A stretch of 64,000 bases of DNA from Balanoglossus misakiensis (taxonomy: Eukaryota; Animalia; Hemichordata), in NCBI GenBank assembly GCA_040954595.2, contig CM082598.2, forward strand, positions 4,975,097 to 5,039,096, written 5' to 3'. A model generated the notes under the pieces. That model ran no database searches. It had not been told where the DNA came from and saw only the letters and a list, made by a program, of their open reading frames with translations. Of the stretch, positions 38,801 to 49,994 are shown piece after piece (the first letter of the stretch is position 1; the number at the start of each line of letters is the position of its first letter). A program made the position numbers and the translations under genes.

Positions 38801-41800
38801 GGTTCTCGCGTATTTCGCGAAAATTTATTGCTCGCGAAAATAAACTGTTTTACAGTAACCACACTCACCATTCTGAACATCTCTGGAAAGTCGTAGACAT
38901 ATGTGGTCACATTCTTGTTGGCTTGGAATCTCTTGAGTTGTAGATGGTCCTTGGTCATGTATGGAGTGCTGACCAATAGTCCATGCAATGGTCCCTGTTT
39001 GGCGCCGTATGCGTGGAACATAATCTGCTTAAAAATGGAAAGCCCGCATTAACCCTTACAGCACCTAAGTCAACTTGTCGTCATGCGTACTTTACAAAAA
39101 ATAAAATACATCATTTTTCTCAAAAATTTTCTAAAATTTTGGTAAAGACCTGTAGGCAATTGCAACTTATGTCCATTCAGTCCAAAATTATGGGAAAAAT
39201 TTGAAAATCTCTTTAGTAACTTTTTGGAGAAATTTAAGAGATTTTTTACAAAAACAAGATGGTGGACACTCTGTCTTCTTTGTTTTCAAAAAGACTCCTC
39301 ATACACCTCAATATAGCAGAGAATTTAATTGTTTGTAGGACTATCATTTTTCTGAGGCATCAAGGCTCAAATGGTCATAAGATACTTATGAATGATCTTC
39401 ATTCCACCTAGGAAATGAATAAACATTTTTTTGACGCTCTCATGAAGTTTGTCAATTATATGTTTATCTGTAAAGTGCAACACCACTGGCAGGAAGATGG
39501 TAAAAGTGACAATTTTACCTGTGAGGTGTTTGGATCTGTCATTTCCTTGTACAGACTGATGTCCAGGTAGTATCCTGATTCATTGGTCAGGAAGACTCGG
39601 ATGGGAATTGGTCTTCCGGATGATGTCAACCTGGAATATCGGAGACATACACAGTTAGTATGAAAGGCTGAAATTTCATACCCAGGGCATAGAATCCAAT
39701 AAACACTGTCTACTGTTGTATTTTTCATGATTTTTTTGCAGATAGAATAAATTTAATTCATGAATTGAATAAATAGTAATTTAATGTTTTGCTCAATTGG
39801 GCTTAAAGGGACAAAGCCTCTCTCTCTCGCTGCCCTTTTTCCATTAATTATGTTTGATATAAAACACCATTTATATTAATGTACATGTGGATATATAATG
39901 AATCAACTTTCACCTACCCACAACTTCCATCACGCTGAATAATCAGTGTCTACCATTTATTCATTTTGGGCGAGTTTTTACTCAAATATCATACAAACGG
40001 GACGGAAGTTGTGTGTGGTCGAATGTTGATTCACTATATATCCACATGTAGAATAACATAAACGGTGTATTGTATCAACCATAATTAATGGAAAAACGGC
40101 AGCGAGAGAGAGACTTGTCCCTTTAAAGGGTTATGGTGTATTAACGTACCTGACAGTCAACTTGAGTTCGGCTTGTAGGACTCTCAGCTTCCAGAGCCTG
40201 GCCCCATATCTCAGAACCATGGAGCGAATGTTCTCCTCAATCTTGGCCGGGTCCATGAACACAGTAGGTACAAAGTTGAGGAAGATGTGGTTGCAGTCTG
40301 TACGCTTGGCCTGTCATCAAAAATAAACAAACAATTGAACATGTTACTATATACAGTCGAACCTCTCTATAGTGGCCAATCAAGCCTTGCCACTTTCCTA
40401 AACTGGCCTTTATAGACAGGTGGCCTTTGTATGTGAATTGCACAAGGACTGTAACAAAGTGGCCACTATATAGAGATGGCCACTAACAGGGGTTCGACTG
40501 TATATGTTACAATTACTTCAATGCAATAATTTTTGTGCAATCATGCTGCATTTTGTGGCTGTGGACTAAACATAGCAGTGCACTTGAAGTCGCAGGCCAA
40601 CATACATGATGTACCACAACAAACTCCACAAAAAGTGAAGCATTGCTGATTTGGGTGCATGTGCATTGCCCATAATTCTCCTGGTTATAGCATTCACAAA
40701 GTTTACCAGACATCTTGAATTTGGTCTTGAGAAAATAAAGTACATTTGGTCTGTATGAACAGTTGGCAAGATTAGACTTCTATCTTGAAAGTGGATCAGC
40801 TCAGCTTATTACTTTCATAACTCTTGTGTGCTACAGCCAAAACATTTCCAACTATTTCTTCTGCAGTGAGAAGAATAGCAATTTAGCATAGCTGCTTGGT
40901 ATTTCAGATGTCAACTCACCAGATTATGTGAGAATGCCACCTCCAGTTCATCCAGGGCCTCCAGTAACGTCCTCTCTCCTTCGTTCTGCATGTATTCAAA
41001 TGAGGCCTCCTTGGTGACCAGGTCAGAATGGCGGATGATTGCCCTCACAAAGAATCTGTAGTCGGTCACTTCTTGTCCTTGTTCAACCTGCACAATATCA
41101 AAGAAGAAAAAAATTCAATCACAAGTTCTATTCCCTGCTGACACATTTGGCTATTGTTCAGTCTTTTTGATCAATATATCAGCTGGACTTTCATGTTCAA
41201 ATATCCCTGAGGTGCAGTGAAATGCCCAGGTTTTACCTTAGGCCAAGAAGAAATGTATGAAATGCTGCAGAGGACATTCAACATCTGCAGGTACATGTAC
41301 ATGTGCTTAAGGGACAAAATCTCTCTCTCACTGCCCTTTTCCATTAATAATGTTTGATACAAGACACTGTTTATGTTACTGTACATGTGGAGATATATTG
41401 AATCAATGTTCAACCACACACAACTTCCATCCCACTTGAAGTCACGAGAGGGAAAAGACTCGCCAAAATAAATAATCTTTTCCTACCATTTATTCATTTT
41501 AGGCGAGTTTTTACACTCATATCATGCAGTGAGAGAGAGACTTTGTCTCTTTAATAGCACTAGGCTAACTCCACAGCTCGCCCGATTGGAAATATCTTAC
41601 CTTGGCAGATCCTATGTACAGATGCATTCTGTGGTTCTCTGTGTGAATGGCTTGGAGATCAAAGTTTCTCATTCTGTTGATCTCAAGTTGAAATGCCAAT
41701 GCTGGCTCCAAGTGGCGGTAGATGCGATCTTCCATGAACTGCAAAATTAGGAGAGAAAGTTGCTATGAAGCACTAATTTACGAACGCTTTTAAAGGGACG

Positions 41801-44800
41801 AAGTGTCTCTCTTACTGCCTTTTTTCCATAATTATGTTTGATACAACACACTGTTCATATGGATATATAGTGAGTCAACGTTCGACCACACACAATTTCC
41901 ATCACCGTTGTAGACACAAGAGTGAAAAACCCACCAAAATGAATAATCGGTGTTTACCATTTATTCATTTTGGCGAGATTTTTACTCTCATATCCTACAA
42001 GTGGGATGGAAGTTGTGTGTGGTTGAACATTCATTCACTACGTATCCACATGTAGAATAACATAATCAGTGTCTTGTATCACACATAATTAATAGAAAAA
42101 GAGCAGCGAGAGAGAGAGACTTTGTCCCTTTAACAAAAACACTGTGACCATATCTTGCTCAAAAAATGTGAACAATCTATGGCAAACCCTATTCACTGAC
42201 CATAGCAATATACACAGCACAACCATATACAGTAAAACCTGTCTGATCCAGAAACCTGTCTATACCAAACACCTTTCCCTGTCCCTTTGACATAGAGTCA
42301 CATGTTAAAATAATCTCTATAAACCAGACATCTCTGCAAACTGAACAATTTCTTCGCACCCTTTGGTGTTCGGTTTAGACAGGTTCTACTATATACAACA
42401 AGGCAATGTAACTCAATTCTAATATACCAGTAACTCCACTCTATCAATTCAAAGCAAGGCACTGAAGTTAACGATTATTAACTATGCACACCATACATAA
42501 CCTACAAATGCAAGCTGTCACAAACTCACAATGAATTCAAAATCAGTTAAGTGGACACATAAAACTAGTGTATCACACTTTTTGTTAGTTCAACACTTGC
42601 AATTAACATGAGTGAGTTATGTGAATTTCAAACTTTTTTGATTGCTTTGAAGAAAACATCAGTTAGGACAGACTGATGTAAATATCATATATGGTAGAAA
42701 ATTCTTTAGTTTAAGTAGTGAATGGATAATGTTTTATCATTATGCTTTCACTTTTTTTTCACTTTGTTAAGGGCTCAAGCTCTTCCATATTTCCTCCCTG
42801 TTTATGAGTTATATTTTCTAAAATTACAGCTCACCCTTTGAGTTTAGCACGGCTGGGGATATGCCCTACATGTACATAGCTGTACTCACTTTTCTAATTA
42901 AAGGTATACAGTCACCTCCAATTTACATACGCCCATATATGGCTGAAATGGAGTATTTGAGCGTTCTAAAGAACGTATGGTGGCGCTCTTATTTTTACGC
43001 GTGCCACCCACTGAAAATCCGTGATTGGTTAGATCTCATTTTACCATGGTAACTATAGCTAATTCTCCATAGGTGACCCTATACCTTTAAGCCAAGCTAA
43101 ACTGATGCAGGAATACAGTGTTTTCAACTGGGGCATATGTGTAAGAGTATAGAGAGAGGGAATTTATAAGTTAATAATTAAAACCAATATAACCAAATGA
43201 TTAAACTCAGAGAAATCAGGGAAAACAGAAAAGCCCAAGAACCAAAAAGTTTAATGCAGAAATTGGCATGCAGAAGTGAAATTGGATTAGTAAGAAAGAT
43301 AACAAAAGATGAAGAAGAAATAATGTTAATTGTGAAATGAAAGAAAAGATTATATCCATGCAGAAGATGTGGGAACTCAGAAGATATACCTCAGGTTCAG
43401 ACTGTTCATTATTTTCTACATCATTATCATTGAACAGATAGGAATATTTATCCTTCAGACTCTATAGAATAATAAAATAAAATAGTTATATATAAATTTG
43501 GTTTTAGGTGTTTACTTATTGTATTAGGGTGTATTTGGTTTATGAATCATTTTGATCAACTGAGTTGCACAATGTGGAATTCTAATATGAAGTTTGTACC
43601 CCCAAAAATTAATCAATTGAAATAATACTTCTTCTCCTTATGAAGACTATAAAACACTTTATTTTCGCGAGCAATTAATTTTTCGCCAAATACGCGAGAG
43701 CCAAAATAGCGTGAAAATAAAAAGTCGCGTAAATTGTTTTTGAAGATAACGATGCAGTGAATGAAATAAGAGAAGGCGAAAATTAATACTCGCGAAACAG
43801 TGGCCTCTCTCGATATCGCAAAAAAATTTAACTCGTGAAAATAAAGTGTTTTACAGTATATCAGGTATGTCGACATCTATATTTACTAAAGATGCATCAA
43901 CAAAAATTACGTTTTGATTAGGAGTTGTACTTACATCTAGCCTTGCTCTGTACGTGAAGTACTTGGGGAATTCTTTCTCTTGCAGTACAATGAAAGTCAC
44001 TCTTCGAATACCGTGGTGGAATAACAGTTCTTTCTGAAAATTTAAAATAGAAGATACAGCATGTTGTAAAGCAGTCTGACCACCAATTTCTGAGAATACA
44101 ATTTTTATTTTAATGAGAAAGAGACAAACATATCCTCCAATATACTATCTGGAAAAAAAATCTGATAGACAACATACCTGCATATTCTCACAAGAATTTT
44201 AAACACATCAGGAAGACAATTTAAAGGTATATGGTCCCCTCTTATCTACATATGCCTATATATGGCTAAAAGGACGTGACTAAGTGTTCCAATGACTGTG
44301 TGGTGACATTTTTTTCCTGGGAGTCCACCAAAAATCTGTGATTGGCTGGCTATACGTGTATTTGGATTTTCCATGGTAACAGTGGTTAAATTTGCATATA
44401 GGTGACCATATAACTTTACCCAGATGCAGTGCATATTTTCTATTAAGTGAAGATCCCCAACTTAAAGGTATACGGTCACCTATGCAAATACAGCTACAGT
44501 TACCATGGCAAATTGAGATCTAGCCAATCACGGATTTTCAGTGGGTGGCACACGCGGAAAAAAGAGCGTCACCAAATGTTCTTCAGAACACTCAAATACA
44601 CCATTTCTGACATATATGGGCGTATGTAAATTGGAGGTGACCGTGTATACCTTTAAACTGATCCCATACATTCAGATGGGTACACGCATACATTGGGATC
44701 GTGACTCCAAAGTTCAAAACAGTGATTTCTTACCTTGGACTGGGAATACTGATGAAACTGTTCAGCCAGCTCACGGTCATCCGACTTGTTCAACTTCATT

Positions 44801-47800
44801 GCGACGTTCAGGATATGTATCGGCTCGTCTGTCTGATTCTGTTCATTCTAACAACAGACCAAATTTTGGAGAGAATAAATAAATTGTGTTTTGTACAACA
44901 CAGATGTATGTTCATCGTTTATTCTTACAGAAAGCAGAAGTTGTCTATGAAGAAGGGCCAACTTCAATGTGCCCTCTAAGCCAATATGACTAGCCTTGAC
45001 TCACCAAACTCACTGGAGACTCAAGAAAATTATCCACACTGCTGTACATGCAAAAGTATAGGGCGGATTCTGAGAAATTTCTAGATATTTTCATAGGTCA
45101 AATATACAGTATTTACATGGCCAGTTGCAAACGCAATCAGTAAAACAACGACACAGCACAGACAATCAATGAAACACACAGAACAAAGTCAAGTCCGTGA
45201 AAGAAAGATACTGTAAAACACTTTATTTTCGCGAGCAATAAATTTTTGCAAAATACGCAAGAGCCAAAAGAGCGTGAAAATAAAAAGTCGCGAAATTTTT
45301 TTTGAAGATAATGATGCAGTGAATGAAATAAGAGAACGCGAAAATTAATACTCGTGAAACAGTGGCCTCTCTCGATATCACAAAAAATTTCAATCGCGAA
45401 AATAAAGTGTTTTACAATATACGGACTTCCAGCAAAGACAAACCAGGAAGTGATGTCTGGTGTTTCGAAAATAGTGAGCAGACCCTGCCCCAACATGTGG
45501 CACCCAACATACCTGAGCTAGTGGATCATACAGCTTCTCTGTTGACGTTGATGTGGGACTCGGTGGAGAGAACAGAGCTAAGATTTCATCAAAACGTCTG
45601 AAAAAAGAAAGAAAACCATTTGTCCTGAGTGAGTTACTTCCAGGATACATATGAACACTGCTAAGTATGGGTGTTTCAACATGTATTATGGAGTATAACA
45701 TTAAAGGGACAAAGTCTCTCTCTCGCTGCCCTGTTTTCCATTAATTATGTTTGATACAAAACACCATTCGTGTTAATGTACATGTGTATATGTAGCGAAT
45801 GAACGTTCAACTACATACAACTTCCATCCTGCTTGTATGATATGAAGTAGAAAATCACCCAGAATGAATAAATGGTAGAGACTGATTATTCATTTTGGCA
45901 AGTTTTTTCACTCTCGTGTCTACAAGTGGGATGGAAGTTGTGTGTGGTCGAACATTGATTCACTATATATCCACATGTAGAATAACATAAACAGTGTCTT
46001 GTATCAAATATAATTAATGGGAAAAGGGCAGCGAGAGAGAGACTTTGTCCCTTTAAAGTTTACGGTACATCAAGCCATGAAATACTAATACTACTTTATG
46101 CATTTTCCTCTGTTAGTAGCCAATACAAATCAGCAATGATCTAACACACAAGATATGATCAAAATGTGCAGCCAAATTTTTACTGATCGAGCCAGCGTTC
46201 AACTTTAACCCTTTCATCATAATGGTTCGGTCCAAATCCATTCTTTCTGTGGTAAAGTTGGACCAATTCAAGGTAAATGCGGGGGTGGTGGGGGTGAGAA
46301 CATGATGTGCTTACTTGTGGAAGTCTTCCTCCGAATCAAAGGCACACATGACGCCCATTCTCTGGCACGGCGGTGGTAGGTGCTCCATGTCGACCATGTC
46401 GTCACTCATGCTGGCCACTCGGGGAGGAGATTCCTGGCGCCGGTTTTGGATCATCCTGGAAAAAGACGGAATCCGGAACTGAATTAGAATCGGATTCACT
46501 TGGAACAAAAAACCAGATCCGGATTCAGATTTGCTGAAAATGCATCCATGCAGCAACAAGCATGCAGTATATCAATCTGATTAAAAATCAGATGTAAGGT
46601 TATAGTTTACCTTTGCTGATTCTTGGCTGTCATGTTCTCGTATGTATGCCACACTGCCTCTCCGAGAACAGAACAGCGAAGATTCAAGAATCAGCAAAGG
46701 TAAAGATCGAGCCAACCCTACATCTGATTTTAATCATATTGGCAGTATAACATGATAAGCTGCTAATAATCATGCAAAATTACGCAAATTCAGGCCAATC
46801 AAATTCACACATGCAGATATACTTCCATAGTTCCAAAAATCCATTTAGCCAGCACTTAGTTTTGCAAGGATTCTGGAAGAAAGTACAGTTCCACATAACC
46901 AACTATAGATTCAAACTGTTCATTTTGAAAATTAACAAAAAAATATGCAGACTACACTCAATTTGTTGAATTCAATACCAGGAAAACTTCTGGAATTCTT
47001 AAACAGTCTGCAATGAAAGCAACTGTAATGAAACAATACACTGGCTCAAACCTGACATCAAAACACATCAGGGGAGTAACATGAAAGCATGTTATCAACC
47101 CTTGCATGGTTTACAATCCAAGACACATCTGGAGAGTGTACGTGGATCCAATCCCATAGGACAGAGGGACAGAACAAATTGGCCAGAACTTTAACTGTTC
47201 ATAAACCTTGACTGTATCAGTCGTATACATGTGTGTGTGTATGTGTGTGTGTATGTGTGTGTCCATAGTCTGTATAGATGTGCACCATGAAGCTCGAAAA
47301 TTTATATATATATTTTTTAAGAATGGAGTATGTTTGTATGAAATGAAGATATTTCAACCAGGATGTCAGTCCATGAGACCTTGCACTTATGCTTCCCATG
47401 CAGAATTGAAAGCACTAGAATATATGCCTTCATTCTGGGCATAGAGTGCCACATAGCAGTGGCAACCAAGCAATACACAATAGATCAAAAATTCACTCAG
47501 TCACAACAGAGAATTTGTTCATCACTCCAGCATCATCATAATGCTACACGTAGCAATGTCCAATCTGCTACAGTCGAACCTGTCTATAGTGGCCAGTCAA
47601 GGGATTTCCTAAACTGGCCTTTATAGACAGGTGGTCTTTACAGACAGGTCAATTAATGCACGTGTAAGCTGCATAGGGACTGTAACATAGTGGGCACTAT
47701 ATAGAGGTGGTCACTACCACAGGTTTCGACTGTACTAGTGCTAGCCTCAGCCCAAGCATACACAGCAAATTGGCGTTGAAGCAAGAGGTCACCCAATCCT

Positions 47801-49925
47801 ACCACCACCACCACCCGTTCAAATTCGCAAGACAGGACCAAAAAGATCATGCACATGTCTCTAAAAACCAAGTGGTACTTAAACTCAAAGGTTCAGGACT
47901 TCACACACACCTCAGGGGCGAGAGAACATCCAACCTCATCACAAAAGAAACAAAGAAACAGAAATAAATTTTGATGTAAAAAATAAAATTATGCAATTTT
48001 AGAGAACTTCCAACCTCATCACAAAAAGAAACAAAAGACACAGAAATGAATTTGGATGATAATAACTTTGATGTAAAAACTAAAATCATGCAATTTTAAG
48101 ATGATTTTATAAATAAAAAATATTCTGTAGCTTTAATTTATGAAACTGAAATTTTAATGTTTTCTGAATAAACAAAGGATTCAGTGTGCTGTTGTGTTGT
48201 GCAGTGCAGAGCAGTGTAGTGTAGTGTAGTGTTATGTAGTGTAGTGATGTGTAGTGTTGTGTTGAGTCATCAGTAGCATTCTACTAAAAGATGAAAATCT
48301 AGCTCATGCAGCTAGTGAGGTGAAAACTATTGCTTATAAGTTCATTTACGATTATTTTGATCATACCTTAGACGTGGAAATGTGGCTTGGCTGTGAAGAC
48401 AGGCATGGAAATGAAGGTTAGTCAGAGAGAAAGAGAGAGAGAGAAAGATTACACTTACATGTATACATGTAGTTAGCAACAATGGTTTGCACTGAAGTGT
48501 GATGTATTGGGTTACTTACACAGAGCCAAGATGCACTGTTGAATTTTAGCCTTACCACATTTAACATAAACCTGGCATATACATGTAACAACTCAGCCAA
48601 CTTCTGCTCGTAGGAGACTGTTTAATGAACTATTATTGTCTGGCTTCAATGAAGAGACAATGGGGCAACAGCAAAGTTTGGCTTTTGAAAGGTGCTGCTC
48701 TGAATGGTAGACCTTGTGTGCAACTTTACCTGTTTGGATGCGAGGTAGGTAGCATGAATTGGAACTCCACAACGCACACGCCATCTTGCAACTGATGATG
48801 CTGGATACAGTTCAGGTCGTACGCGATGTAGCCACGTCTCACGTAAACCTACCAGTGACAACACACAATGTTAAAAATCGCGATAATTTACTGATCAAAC
48901 GTCAAGGTTCATGAGGTGGCCTTATACTACAGTGGCTAGAGCAGTGAAATCATGATCGGAGGATCGTGGATTCGAGCCCTGGCATGGCTGTGGTGTTGTG
49001 TCCTTTGGCAAGGCACTTTACTTCTCATTGTCCCCCCCCCCCCCCCAGGAGTAAAGGGTACCTGGAAGGACAGAGATTGCAATGTGTACATTTAGCTCTG
49101 CTGTGCTCATCACAATTTACAGATGCACATGTGAGCTGTTGTTTGCTCCTGATGAAGTTGAATGGAATAAAATGAGGTCCAGCAACTAGGGATAATATTA
49201 TAATAATTGTATAGAGCCCTGACCATATTTGACTGCAGATACGTTCACTATATCATACATGTATTATATATGCTAAGCCAGTTCATGCAGTCAAGATGAT
49301 TAACTACATGTAAATGTACTGAACCCTGAAATCACATGAATTGTTATTTCATACCTCGAGTGCAGCCATCCTGACAACCTGGTTGGTATGGAAGAAGAAC
49401 CCTGGCAACACATCAAAGATGGCCGTCTCGGACATGATGAGTTTCTTGAGATTGTCGGGGCAGAACTGATGCCCGTACATATCAATGGCCGACAAGAATA
49501 TGGACTCGACTTGATTTCGGCGGAGTTCATACGAAGGCTGGTGTGCTGCAATAAGTACCTGCAACAAGTGAAACAAGGTAATTTAATTAATTAATGACTG
49601 AATAAATTATCATAATTTTCACATTGAATTATGTTGTTATATGATAATGATGTATTCAGATTTAATGCCATCAAATTTAATAATACAGTCGAACCTGTCT
49701 ATAGTGGCCAGTCAAGGGACTTTCCTAAACTTGCCTTCATAGACAGGTGGCCTTTATATAGAGGTTAATGAGCACACATCTGAATTGCACAGTGGCCACT
49801 ATATAGAGGTGACACTATATAGAGGTGGCCACTAACACAGGTTTGACTGTATTCAAACTTTACGCAATTATAGTATTGCTGTGATTCCATATGATTGCAC
49901 AACAAGTGGCCTAAAAGGAGAACTG

Positions 49926-49994
<69 letters not shown>

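Noticed and set aside
47113-47126. 14-nt segment between a good acceptor (ctctccag) and a GTAAAC donor in the RBFOX-rich intron
   Set aside because: Not frame-preserving, the donor is weak, and there is no other support.
48712-48729. Alternative downstream donor (AAG|GTCTAC) extending ACC exon 48730-48848
   Set aside because: The extension reads AGG TAA, an immediate stop, and the donor is poor.
48915-48990. tRNA gene
   Set aside because: Only degenerate A/B boxes with no complete cloverleaf, followed by a SINE body.
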